63,570 nucleotides of DNA, filler included, from Octopus bimaculoides (GCF_001194135.2; 6 parts of 6 records of this genome joined end to end with filler, not necessarily neighbours in it); one strand, 5' to 3'. Positions 49,768-62,328 are shown, numbered from the whole stretch's first letter. Program-made: numbers and translations. The notes: generated from the sequence alone by a model not told the origin.

Positions 49768-49945
49768 TTAGGGAGCATAGAGCTAACAAGAAAGAGTTAT
49801 TTTAGAGAAAATTACGAAATATGTATATAAATGTAGCCAAGAAAACAAGGTTAGTCATTTTAGGGGACAGAACAAACAAGAAAGAATTATTTTAGAGAAT
49901 AGTACAAAATGTATATGTGTAGCCAAGAAAACAAGGTTAGTAATG
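49768..49945. repeat. Tandem duplication, 2 x ~90 bp
   Basis: AACAAGAAAGA.TTATTTTAGAGAA...TGTAGCCAAGAAAACAAGGTTAGT occurs twice. Confidence 0.75.
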
Positions 49946-50017
49946 TTGCAAGTTAGATGGTCTGAATAAATGAGGTGATTAAAAACGAGAGAAACTCTTA
50001 GCTGTGCATATTTTCAT

Positions 50018-50228
50018 TTGTGATCAAATAGCCAAATACATGGAATAAACTGCCAAAAGTCTGAGAGTGGGGGCAGGAACAGGTGTGGAGATGACAGCTG
50101 GAAATGGACGAAGATGGAAGAATTTTGCCATCTTCATCCATTTCCGGCTGTTGCCTCTTCACCTCTTCCTGCCCCCCACCCTCAGTCTTTCGGTAGTTTA
50201 TTCCATGTGTTTGGCCATTTGATCACAT
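50018..50228. repeat. Long imperfect palindrome (100 bp arms, 10 nt loop)
   Basis: TGTGATCAAATAGCCAAATACATGGAATAAACTGCC...GGAAATGGACGAAGATGG (50018-50117) pairs with CCATCTTCATCCATTTCC...TTTATTCCATGTGTTTGGCCATTTGATCACA (50128-50227). Confidence 0.85.
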
Positions 50229-50559
50229 GTGAATATTATTTTATATTATTGCATATTACATATTTTGTGTATAGAATTTTAAAAATCTTCATTTACCAAA
50301 ACATTTGTAACATCAATTCGAATTTCTCTTTTCCTTACTTTGATTATCATTATACACTCTGTGAATCATATTTTATGCCTATTAGATTTATGCCTTGGAT
50401 ATGCAAAGTGCTCACCTTCATAACCTATTGGAATTTAACTGATGTTTACTCAGTTAACTGAATACTATGCTAACAAGGTGATAGCCTGGATTTTAATTAT
50501 CAGAGTGATTGGTTGTCTGGATCAACAATAGCTTAGTAGAAAAACCAATTAAAAATATG

Positions 50560-51075
50560 AAGAAAACCCTTGGCCTATCAGGAATCACTGCTGAAATGCT
50601 TAAAATATCTGACAGTTGGATATGGCCTAGTCACACATATAATTAATCAGGTTGTCCACAAGTCATACCTAACGGCTGTTGTAGCAGCATTATAGTCAGC
50701 TACTACAAAGATAAAGGTAATACCTAAGACAGAAATAATTACAGAGGTGTCAAATTGCTGGCCCAGGTGATGAAAGGGTCATAGATCAATTAATTAGGAA
50801 GTGAGTTAGCCTAGGTGAGATGTAGTTTGGTTTTGTGCCAGGAAAAAACGCTACTGATGCTATCTTCCTGGTCAGGCAACTGCAGGAAAAGTATTTAGCC
50901 AAAAATAAACCTGTGTATTTAGCTTCTATTGACACGGAGAAAGCCTTTGACAGGATCCCCCACTCCCTTATCTGGTGGGCAATGTGGAAGCTAGGGATAG
51001 TGAGAGTTGTAAAAGCTATCTAGAGATGTGGTCAATAAGGTGAAAGTCACCAATGAGTATAGCAAGGAATTTAGT
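50560..51075 (+). mobile_element. RTE LINE RT fragment
   Basis: KTLGLSGITAEMLKIS...NNYRGVKLL...FGFVPGKNATDAIFLVRQLQEKYLAKNKPVYLASIDTEKAFDRIP. Confidence 0.88.
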
Positions 51076-51299
51076 GTAAAATTCTTGGTCCCTTCTTGTT
51101 TATCTTAGTCCTCCCGGCTAAAACAGAGGAATTTAAGATTCACTGCCCTTGGGAGCAGTGTATACAATCTCTCTAGCTCTCTCAATGTATACAGGAGGAA
51201 ACGACTGAAAAAAACACAGGATGTTATGCAATAGGAGTAGTTCACAACTGCAGTTGATTTTATGATCTTCATATACTGGAGATGGAGATCCTTCAGACA

Positions 51300-52205
51300 A
51301 AACAATTTCAGCAGGACCTTAACACATATAGAATGAAAGATACAAAAATTCATCCATTCTTATGCTCTCATTGGGCTATGCATAAACATCTTTGAAAATG
51401 ATCGAAAGAAAGATGACAAGGATCGAGATACTGATGCAAGAGACAGATACCCCTGGCTCTGCAGATCCCCCTGGCTCTGCAGATCCCCCTGGCTCTGCAG
51501 ATCCCCCTGGCTCTGCAGATCCCCCTGGCTCTGCAGATCCCCCTGGCTCTGCAGATCCCCCTGGCTCTGCAGATCCCCCTGGCTCTGCAGATCCCCCTGG
51601 CTCTGCAGATCCCCCTGGCTCTGCAGATCCCCCTGGCTCTGCAGATCCCCCTGGCTCTGCAGATCCCGAAAGTATAAAGCTAAAGTCACAGGTGAAAGAC
51701 CTATCAGGGAAGGAGACACTGATGCAGTTGGTCCTGTCGCCATTTTAATAAACAGCCAAGGAAGTGAAAGACCTAGAAAAGAAGAAAATGTTAAAAACCA
51801 AAACTACCAAAAACAATCAGGTGCAAAAAGAAGGCATTTTAAGAAAACTTAATAGTGAAGCTCCCAAGAAGAACCAGGGGGAAAAAAACAACTTATGCTG
51901 CCTAAAATAAAGAGGTGCCAGTAAAACCCTCAAAATTAAAGTAAAAACAAATATTGGAGCAAGAAAGACCTTTGACACCAGAAATAGAAGAAAGAGGGAA
52001 CACACATGGATCTACTGGTGTCTGTTGGCACAGAGGTGATGGTGCAAACTGTAATTTTGCACATTCAAAATCTTGCCACAACTGCATAAGACAGGCCAAA
52101 AATAAAAACAAAGGCACTAAAGGAGAAAGAATTGCACATCATCAGCTCCTAAAAGAAAATATATACATGTTGTGTGCTCTACTCCAAGTAACCAGCTCCA
52201 TCTAG
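51300..52205 (+). pseudogene. Possible decayed LINE ORF1 (CR1-type) segment
   Basis: K-rich broken frames, plus GVCWHRGDGANCNFAHSKSCHNC, which resembles the Cys/His cluster of CR1-group ORF1 proteins. Multiple stops. Confidence 0.35.
51452..51667. repeat. Perfect 18 bp minisatellite, 12 copies (CCTGGCTCTGCAGATCCC)
   Basis: Twelve identical units (PGSADP x12 in the ORF track). Confidence 0.95.
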
Positions 52206-53214
52206 ATGCAGTGAAGATCCATGCTCACCAATATGTAAGACTACCTGTCAAGTGGCCTCCACTTGCATAAACATAGATGTCACACTGGTACTCTTCTATA
52301 ATAATAAACGTAAAATTCTGTCTGTCTGTTCAGGATCTCTCTATCTCAGTTTACATTTGCTATACATAGTCATATTATACCTTTTTGGAATCAGGATGTG
52401 CTCTTGGGATTGAAAATCTGCCCTTCATTTGGTTCTTGAACATACAGCATTGGGATTAGGTCTAGATGAGGATTTGTTATATACTAATAGTTGAAAATTC
52501 CAATTTTAGAAGAACTCCAAAAATTTGTGAACTTACAAGTTTTTCATTTAAACTGAATTTAAAGCAATATGATATTGGTAGGGGACTAATAAATGCTTTA
52601 TTATTATTATTGCTCTCTTCAGTTTGGGGTCACTCCCCAGGAGTTAGCCTAAAAGTTTGCACATAGTGCAGCTTTTAAGCTAGTATTAAATATAAGAAGC
52701 TTGTTACAACTCACTGACTGAACCAGAACTTCCTACCTGTGAGTCTCATTGCAATCAATTAAGCTCTATCACTGACATGCATGTAAGACCTGATATAGCA
52801 GATGCAGAAACACACAAAGTAGTTACAATGGAGTTACAATGTAAATCTATGAAAACTTCATGTCCCAGGTCCTATTGTCATATTCTAATTCAATATATGT
52901 AATGCACTAATTGTACATATAAGACAATAATCACCCACTAGATGCTCTATATCACATAAACAAATTTGAAGACAGCCTCACAAAAATAGAAGTTCTTGGC
53001 AAATTAGAACATATGAAATTGAAAATTCAGAAGGCCAAGGTGTGTTGATGCCTCCTCATGTTTATACAAGAAATGTTTTTCTTTGGGAATTTTTGCAGTG
53101 AATGTGAATGATAATGCTTATTGTATACATTTGCTGCTTATGCACCAAATATGTCAAATATGTTGTAAATGCTTTGCGTTCCCCCTTCCCAGGCTACAGG
53201 CCCACACCCCCAAC

Positions 53215-53519
53215 ACCCATACTGTTAGGATTGGCACTCTCAACGTCGGCACGCTGAAAGGTAGATCTGGTGAAATTGTTGAGATGCTTGAACGGAGACG
53301 CGTAGATATGTGCTGCATCCAGGAAGTAAGATGGAGAGGAGGTTCTGCGAGGTTCCTCACAGGCAAAGAACACAGGTACAAGATTTTCTGGGCAGGGAAC
53401 ACTGACGGGGTAGGGGGCGTAGGAATACTTCTAACGGAGAAATGGGTGGATAAGGTAATCGAGGTCGTTAGAGTAAGTGATAGAGTACTTAAGATCAGAC
53501 TAGTGCTTCATCATAGATT
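53215..53519 (+). mobile_element. RTE LINE 5' end (APE N-terminus), cut by a gap
   Basis: TVRIGTLNVGTLKGRSGEIVEMLERRRVDMCCIQEVRWRGGSARFLTG...GVGILLTEKWVDKVIEVVRVSDRVL. Confidence 0.92.
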
Positions 53520-53677
53520 NNNNNNNNNNNNNNNNNNNNNNNNNNNNNNNNNNNNNNNNNNNNTTAATTAATTAANNNNNNNNNNNNNNNNNNNNNNNNN
53601 NNNNNNNNNNNNNNNNNNNGGGGGGTGCGTGTGTATGTGTGTGAGACAGAGTGAGAGAGCGGTGTGTATGTAGTATT

Positions 53678-53718
<41 letters not shown>

Positions 53719-54169
53719 ATACACACTCACACACACTCACACACAAAATAGAGAGTGAAGCTTTTTGCGGTTGCTACGTCAATACCGGAAGTTGACATTG
53801 AGGAACCTTAAATATAGTGAATCTTAAATATAAAGCAATATTATCTATTTTTAATTAAAAAAATCAAATGAAGAGCCTAAGATTTATCCGAGGTCAAATT
53901 ATTCATGCATTACAAATATGGAAGCATTTGGTGAAGTCGATTTCACGTGAAAAGCGATTACACACACATCTCTGTTTTATATATATATATATATATATAA
54001 TAAAAATAATAAATGAGTATATGCATATATACGTACATGTATGTACATGCCTACATCTGCCTGTATATATAGATGCATATCTGGGTACAGGACGTTGCAA
54101 ACAAAACGTAGACAAAATGATAAACAGAGTACAGAAAACACACAGGCCACATTTATTTATTCATGATAG

Positions 54170-54829
54170 AATATAAATATAAAAGTCACGTTACTGATTT
54201 GTATCAGGTAGTTAGCATGCTATAACAATTTATAAGCAATTTATACATTAAATTAATAATAATATACATATGTATATAATTATATTAAAGGGAGCAAGAG
54301 CGAAAACGACCTATGTCCAGCATGCTTGAAGTGCCAATACCGTCAAAAAATTACCAAAATCTCCAGAGAAATATACGCATGGCAGAAAGGGGGCTAGTGA
54401 AAGTATATTAAAAGGACCTCACGTTAATTGTGAATTGGTTCCAATTTCTGGATTAAAATGAAAAATATGCTTTCTTCCTTCGTCAACACAATACACGGGG
54501 AATTATAGGTACAAATAATTGCACATACCGTACAAAGCAGGTTCACACGTCTACATTCAAGTATTTGCACGTATAGATCCAAGACAAGTCAATTTTAAAT
54601 CCCCTCACGACAGCCATGTGTATATTAAAAGAATAGTCATGCATTAAATAGTATTCCGGTCAGGAGTAAAAATAATTAAATTATTTAATTTTAATTTTAT
54701 TTTTATTAATTCATAATAGAATATAAGGCTAAAAATCACGTTGATGATTTTAATCAGGTAGTCAGTATGCTATAACAATTTAAAGGCAATTTATACATTA
54801 AATTAATAATAATATACATATGTATATAA
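54170..54829. repeat. ~110 bp direct repeats (54170-54280 and 54720-54829) enclosing ~440 bp of unique sequence
   Basis: TCACGTT...ATCAGGTAGT.AG.ATGCTATAACAATTTA.A.GCAATTTATACATTAAATTAATAATAATATACATATGTATATAA occurs twice. Confidence 0.8.
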
Positions 54830-54963
54830 NNNNNNNNNNNNNNNNNNNNNNNNNNNNNNNNNNNNNNNNNNNNNNNNNNNNNNNNNNNNNNNNNNNNNNN
54901 NNNNNNNNNNNNNNNNNNNNNNNNNNNNNNNNNNNNNNNNNNNNNNNNNNNNNNNNNNNNNNN

Positions 54964-54994
<31 letters not shown>

Positions 54995-56385
54995 CACACA
55001 CACACGTGTGTGTGTGTGTGAGTGTGTGTATGTATTCTTACAGGTAGATTTATTCCCTCTTTCTTCACATTTGGGTATACACACATCTTATAATTAATCT
55101 TATTCTAATTATGGGAAGAGCTTCTTGCATTTCATTGCCCACGTGTATGCTTTCTCATTCGTAATGCTATCCTGGATCCATCCATAAATGTAACTGTTTT
55201 CCCAAATGAATTGCACTTCATGTTTGAAGCTCTGATGAATCTGTAAGGTGTTACTTAGGCACTCAACTATGAGTCCAACTATGAGTCCACCGCATCATAT
55301 AGCGGAAATAGCTTTAGGCTAATGAAAGCATTTCTTTTTTCTTATTACCGCTCTACACTCGACTAACACTTCGTTCAGAAGCATACGTATATTGTATTTC
55401 TTTAGTTCAATGGCAATCAGCCCGGTTGTTCGTTCTGGTGTTGAGTGATTGTCTTGGAGAGTGTGCACATTCCAAGAACCAAGGTTAATATTCTTAGATT
55501 TCTTCGTTTCGACTGCGTTACTGAATAACCAGACAGCTGCAGCGGGCTGCCAAGATCAAAGTGAGTAAGCAATGTTTAGGGCTCCGTTTCTCGCCCCTCT
55601 CCCTGTTAGGGAAAGCAGTGCAGTGTCTAAATAGACCTGCTTTGTCACCACCATAGGACAGGGAGAGCACAGTTACTCACAAGTACTGTGCTTGAACGGC
55701 CATAACCAAATGGTCGCTGACTGTGTAGAGCTCCAGCAAGCGACTTCCAGTAATATTCCTTACCTGTCCTTGCTGCTTTCACTCACTCGCCAGAGGACTT
55801 TTTGTTTTTGCAAGCTGGAGCTGTGCAGTAGTGAATGATTGAATGCAAGTCGTCAGAAGACCCACACGTATGATTTAATTTAAGTGTTGACGGTTTGTGT
55901 ATAACCAGCCATACTTTTTGGAAGTAATGACAGCAAGAATATGTTGCACATATATGCCACAATACCAAGAACAGGCTTTTCCATCAGAGGTTTCCATCTC
56001 CTAGACAACCACTATAAATAAGCTACAGAGCCTAGTCTGCCCTATGAATCAGAGTTTGCTGATAGTACAGCTCTGTTGGGGAAACAATCAAAGACCTGGT
56101 TTTATATCAGTTTCCCTCTCCTAAATGGGATGGCTTCAGCACGTCTGTCCCCTAATATATGAAATTAAATATATCAAATTTAAAATATAAATGAAATAAG
56201 ATAAAGCAGTATATACACATACAAATACTGTTGGATGGCCATTCACTACTCGTGAGTTCCTCCACCCTTTTGACGGGTTTTATTTTCCGTCTCGCGGAGT
56301 GTCCAGCAATCGCCCTCCACACCAAGCAAGCTTGGTGGGGTTGCCAGTTTAGTCGCCGACGGCCTGACTGTGCAACAGGCTGTAC

Positions 56386-56489
<104 letters not shown>

Positions 56490-57371
56490 GGTATGTATGT
56501 ATATGACATACATACCTACATATAAAGCCCCAAGCAAATCAGAGGAGATTTATAAATGAGGTGCACCTTACGATATACTCACGCTTTGTTTTATATGTAT
56601 ACACTCGATCAGGGTTGATTTAGGGCTAAACAAGTGCTCAAACAGTATTATCCTCAGCATCATAATGATAAATATCCGACAAAACAAAATATGTCCGATG
56701 ACATAGTAGTGTTCATAAAAGCCACTAATATGCAATTAAAAAACAAAACGCTGTAAACAGATGTAAAAATCAAAACAATATAAGAACACTATATTTCTAT
56801 TTTTATCACATATGTCAATGTTTTGACTTTCATTTTGCTTCTTTTATGCATTATTTTCCAGCTTACATTGTAATAGCCTTCTTCACCATTATTACTCTAT
56901 TTCACAATACTTCACATATAATATTCTGAAGTTCACTAACATTTTCTTCTAATTTCATAGTTCTAAAGCTATTGTTTATATTTTCATTTCCAATTCTTCG
57001 AGATTTCTTTGTGTGATATAAAACATTTCTCATATTAATGCTAATACTTCTCAGTGCTAAATCTTGATTGATTGCAGAATATTTTGAAAGCTATCTTATT
57101 ATGTAATACTGACATCATAGTGGTTTCAGACGATATCATTAAAATATTTCATATATCATTTAAGCAAGGATATATTTGTATGTACGTATATGCACGTGTG
57201 TGTGCGTTCAGATGCGTATATATGCACACATACTTATGTGCATATATACATATATACATGCATACATACATACGTACACACACACACACACACACATATA
57301 TATACAGAGAAAACTAGCGAAAGATGATAGAAATACACATGCATACACACACACACGAGAGAGAGACAGAG

Positions 57372-57404
<33 letters not shown>

Positions 57405-57407
57405 GAC

Positions 57408-57438
<31 letters not shown>

Positions 57439-57504
57439 GCCAGAGAGATGTTTGTGGGTGTACGCGTGTACGCGTGTATTTGTGGGTTGTATGAAAATAT
57501 TTGT

Positions 57505-57758
57505 GGAGGCGCGTGGCTTAGTGGTTAGGGTGTCAGCATCATGATCCTAAGATTGTGGTTTCGATTCCTGGACCGGGCGACGCGTTGTGTTCTTGAGCAT
57601 AACACTTCATTTCACGTTGCTCCAGTCCACTCAGCGGGTAAAAATGAGTAACGCTGCGATGGATTGGCGTCCCATCCAGCTGGGGTACACATACGCCATT
57701 GAAACCGGGAAATTGGGCCCATGAGCCTGGCTAGGCTTTAAAAGGGCGCATTTATTTT
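57505..57758 (+). mobile_element. Full-length tRNA-derived SINE
   Basis: A box TGGCTTAGTGGTT, B box GTTTCGATTCC, body TTGTGTTCTTGAGC..CACTTCATTTCACGTTGCTCCAGTCCACTCAGC, T-rich end. Confidence 0.85.
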
Positions 57759-59341
57759 TATTATAATGTAAATGTTTACAAATTAATACATGTGTCAATT
57801 CAAATGTCTTCCTGAGTATTAAAATCTTCCTCTGACCGTTTCTCTGGAGTTATGATTGACAGCTAAGTGCGATATAACTACGCTGGACACTCACTAAGGC
57901 ACACATGCACACAAATATAAATATTGGTGTATGTGTGTTTTTATACACAAACAGACAGATACGCAGATAGATATACTTGGTCGGCTGAAGCGAAAATGGT
58001 GAATATTACCAGTTTCACTTCGAAAAGGAACAATAAAAGGACTACAGTGGATATCAAACTTGTTATTTTAAAGAAGCTCGATGCCGATTTTTAAAAATCG
58101 ACCGCATTAGAGCTTGCAACCTCTGCAATAAGCCAAGTGCTCACACCTTACTTTTTCGAGGATTTAATGTAATGCTTAAAATGGAACGGTTCTTATGTGA
58201 ATGGATCACGCACCGATAAACCGATAAACCGATAAGCTTGAAGAGAATCTTTTAAAATATTAAAAGTTTGTATAGTGTTTTTCAGATAAAGGAAAGAGAA
58301 ACTTCTAATGCAAAGCCCCTTTTTTTCTTTTCTTTTTTTTTTTTTTTTTTTTTTTTNNNNNNNNNNNNNNNNNNNNNNNNNNNNNNNNNNNNNNNNNNNN
58401 NNNNNNNNNNNNNNNNNNNNNNNNNNNNNNNNNNNNNNNNNNNNNNNNNNNNNNNNNNNNNNNNNNNNNNNNNNNNNNNNNNNNNNNNNNNNNNNNNNNN
58501 NNNNNNNNNNNNNNNNNNNNNNNNNNNNNNNNNNNNNNNNNNNNNNNNNNNNNNNNNNNNNNNNNNNNNNNNNNNNNNNNNNNNNNNNNNNNNNNNNNNN
58601 NNNNNNNNNNNNNNNNNNNNNNNNNNNNNNNNNNNNNNNNNNNNNNNNNNNNNNNNNNNNNNNNNNNNNNNNNNNNNNNNNNNNNNNNNNNNNNNNNNNN
58701 NNNNNNNNNNNNNNNNNNNNNNNNNNNNNNNNNNNNNNNNNNNNNNNNNNNNNNNNNNNNNNNNNNNNNNNNNNNNNNNNNNNNNNNNNNNNNNNNNNNN
58801 NNNNNNNNNNNNNNNNNNNNNNNNNNNNNNNNNNNNNNNNNNNNNNNNNNNNNNNNNNNNNNNNNNNNNNNNNNNNNNNNNNNNNNNNNNNNNNNNNNNN
58901 NNNNNNNNNNNNNNNNNNNNNNNNNNNNNNNNNNNNNNNNNNNNNNNNNNNNNNNNNNNNNNNNNNNNNNNNNNNNNNNNNNNNNNNNNNNNNNNNNNNN
59001 NNNNCACTAAAAAAAACCCTTCTGAAACTAATTGACTGGATGGATCAACATGCTATTTGCGACTTGCCGTGTGTAACATAGCAGACTTCTAGGATGAAGT
59101 GAAACACTCAACTATGAAACATTTATCCTCAGAATGTATCCGTGACTTTACAAGCTTTCCTCATGCAGAATGCCTGCATCAAATTCGGGAAAGAATTGTG
59201 ACACTTTCAAATGATACAAGGCTTGAAGAAGTCATAGAAGATAATGGGGTTGAATTAATAGGGTCCCATAGAGAATATTTATCTAAAAGCAAACCGAGAA
59301 TGCACATAAGAATACGAAATTACACCGGCTCAATCTAAATA

Positions 59342-59557
59342 AACTGCAAACAATATATTTTTTTTCTACTCTAGGCACAAGGCTCGAAATTTTTGGGTAG
59401 AAGGCCAGTCGATTAGATCGACTCCAGTACGCAACTGGTACTTAATTTATCGACCCTGAAAGGATGAAAGGCAAAGTCGACCTCGGCGGAATTTGAACTC
59501 AGAATGTAAAGACAGACAAAATACCGCTAAGCATTTCGCGCTGCATGCTAGCGTTTC
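59342..59557 (-). mobile_element. CORE-type tRNA-derived SINE, tail type 1
   Basis: Reverse strand: head ...GAAATGCTTAGCGGTATTT..TTCTGAGTTCAAATTCCGCCGAGGTCGACTTTGCCTTTCATCCTTTC..GTCGATAAATTAAGTACCAGTT, tail ...GAGCCTTGTGCCTAGAGTAGAAAA. Confidence 0.8.
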
Positions 59558-59755
59558 TTATTTCTTTACTGCTTACAAGGGGCTACACACAGAGGGGACA
59601 AACAACAACAGACAAACGGATTATGTCGATTATATCGACCTCAGTGCGTAACTGGTACTTATTTAATCGACCCCGAAAGGATGAAAGGCAAAGTTAACTC
59701 GGCGGAATTTGAACTCAGAACGTAGCGGCAGACGAAATGCCGCTAAGCATTTCAC
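59558..59755 (-). mobile_element. CORE-type tRNA-derived SINE, tail type 2 (Tx1-like tail)
   Basis: Same head and core as the adjacent copy, but with the tail TGTTTGTCCCCTCTGTGTGTAGCCCCTTGTAAGCAGTAAAGAAAT. Confidence 0.8.
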
Positions 59756-60467
59756 CCATTCAGGCACCTTAAAGAGANNNNNNNNNNNNNNNNNNNNNNN
59801 NNNNNNNNNNNNNNNNNNNNTCTCACGCAGTAGTCAACATTTTTTATTATTGTAAGAACGTACCATGTTACACCTCGCCCGCCCATCACCTACTCACTTT
59901 CAAAAAGCTAAAACATCGGGGCTAATGCAGTTTCGCACCTCTCCTTCAAAAACGCATTTTTTAAAAAAAAACTTTTTCGGATTCCTACGTTTTAGATGTC
60001 GGAGATCACGAATATGCAAAAAAAAAAAAATTGTTTTTAATTTCACCGCCCCCTCCTCTCTCATTTAAATTTTTGATTTTGTTTACTTTAAAGAGATCGT
60101 AGCGAATTGACGAACATATGCAAATCGAAATTAAATGCCGACAAAAACATTAAAGTGAAAAGGATTTGCGTTTTAATTGTGTTTGCCTTAAATAACCGTA
60201 AATAATAATTTAATGTAAATTAAATATACACCACATCCCCATGTGAGCCATTTTATGAGAAACATACATTAATATGTCATAATGTTATAAAGTTTAACAA
60301 AGCGCTCAAATTTCACCCCTTCCCCAGTTTAAAATTTTGAACTTTTTCATCCATTTGTCTGTCTATCTATTTATCCCTATCCGTTTATTCATAAAATATA
60401 TTTGTCAACTAAATGTGACGGTCCTATAGAAGACGGTGTTACTGTTGTTTTTAGCCCCAGGAAGACA

Positions 60468-60521
<54 letters not shown>

Positions 60522-60639
60522 NNNNNNNNNNNNNNNNNNNNNNNNNNNNNNNNNNNNNNNNNNNNTTAATTAATTAANNNNNNNNNNNNNNNNNNNNNNN
60601 NNNNNNNNNNNNNNNNNNNNNAAAAATATACTTACATAT

Positions 60640-60684
<45 letters not shown>

Positions 60685-61518
60685 TATATGTGTATGTATG
60701 TATGTGCGTATGTATGTATAAGAAAAGAACGAAAATAGAGAAATTGACATATAGGCATATGTTTATTCAAGGACATTCAAATCAATATAATATGAAATTC
60801 TGATCCCTACACCCGTTTCCATAGCCCTTTAATTCAATTAGAAAAATTAAAGTAAATTAGAATTTTCTATTGAATCTGGTTAAGTGGATATTTCATCTGG
60901 GTTGAATTTTCCAGAGAGGTGTTATATTCCAACGTGTTTGATATACTCGTGCGCATGCATTTGTAATGCATAATAGTCGTCATTGGTCGTGGCGTTGCCG
61001 TTAGGTTGAACTAGGTGTTACAGAGAGAAAGTGAAGGGGGTAGAAGAGATTTATCGAGAGAGAGTGAAGGAGAGATAGCGGTAGCATTCATCATGTACGT
61101 TTGTTATAGTATTGGAGACAACATATAGTATTGGAGACAATATATTAAAAACCGCGTGTTAATTACTATATTAGAGCATCACGTTATCTATATTTGTGTG
61201 CAATAGTTATGACCAGTACAATGTAAAGAAATGAAAACGTGGACGTTACGAAATCCAACTGATAAAAATTTTATAGAAAAATCTACATTAATAATGCTAC
61301 ATCAACTACAAAATCATTACGTTTTATCTTTAACTTAGTTTAATGAATGATATTATAAAATATCAACGACATATTGATGAGGAACGTGATTAATTAAATC
61401 TATAGAAACCACATATTATACGGCCATCTGTGCAGAAAACCTAATATACATCTTTACCGTTTAATTAATATTTTTATGTCAATATTATATATGTACTAAG
61501 CATCACTTAAGCCTTATA

Positions 61519-61852
61519 TTTACAGATGCTAGTGTAATAAAACATGAAGTATCAACAGATTCAAAGTTCTAGTATGTTTAATATATAATTAATTATTTAT
61601 TATAATAATATAACTGACGGCAGTTTTTGAAAAGTCATAAACAATCGTTTCCTTGTATTTAAGAGGAAATATTTATATTTAAATATGAATATTTTAACGT
61701 CATATTTAATATTTATCTACTGAGAAATCTGTATTATTATAGTTACAGATGTTAGCGTATGAAACATGAAATACCGACCTATTCAAAGTTCTAGTAGCTC
61801 TTACATATAACTAATTCATTTATGATAACAATATATCTAATGGTAGATTTTT
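61519..61852. repeat. Diverged direct duplication (~110 bp, period ~222 bp)
   Basis: TACAGATG.TAG.GTA..AAACATGAA.TA.C.AC..ATTCAAAGTTCTAGTA occurs at about 61521 and 61744. Confidence 0.65.
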
Positions 61853-62157
61853 AGAGCCTATTGACATGCGTGAACACATGAAAAAATTTTAGCTTTAGTA
61901 ATTTAAGTTTTGATGTAAATTTATTAGTAATTTATACAAATAGTTTAGTAATTTAGGTCTTTATATAAAAGTTTTATCAATTGGATGTGGTAACTGTTAG
62001 GTTTTCTTTTGTTTATATAGTCTATATGATCATAAATATTGCGCACAAATATAGGTGACGCGTTACTATAATATGGTAATCAACAAGCAGTTTTTAATGT
62101 CATGTTTTTCGTTATCTCTAATATTTTAACAAACGCACAATTACATGGATGTTACAG

Positions 62158-62192
<35 letters not shown>

Positions 62193-62287
62193 TCTCTCTC
62201 TCTATCTCTCTCACACCCAGTTAACCCTAACTGCAACACCACTACCAATAACAACTATTATTTATTACAAAGGCATGCGCACATCTA

Positions 62288-62328
<41 letters not shown>

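Noticed and set aside
51452-51667. CRISPR-like or repeat-protein (PGSADP)n interpretation
   Set aside because: The units are contiguous with no spacers, the context is eukaryotic, and the flanking frames are broken.
55228-55320. CUGAUGA…GAAA-UAGCUU-UA motif
   Set aside because: Stem II cannot close directly after the core, and stem III has a mismatch.
55498-55566. 63 nt AG…GTGAGT symmetric micro-exon candidate (FFVSTALLNNQTAAAGCQDQ)
   Set aside because: Only splice-like dinucleotides support it. There is no recognisable homology or neighbouring exon.
56240-56385. GC-rich structured segment (CACCAAG hairpin), considered as an HDV-like ribozyme at a LINE 5' end
   Set aside because: P1 and P2 partners could not be found, so the double pseudoknot cannot be built from the available sequence.
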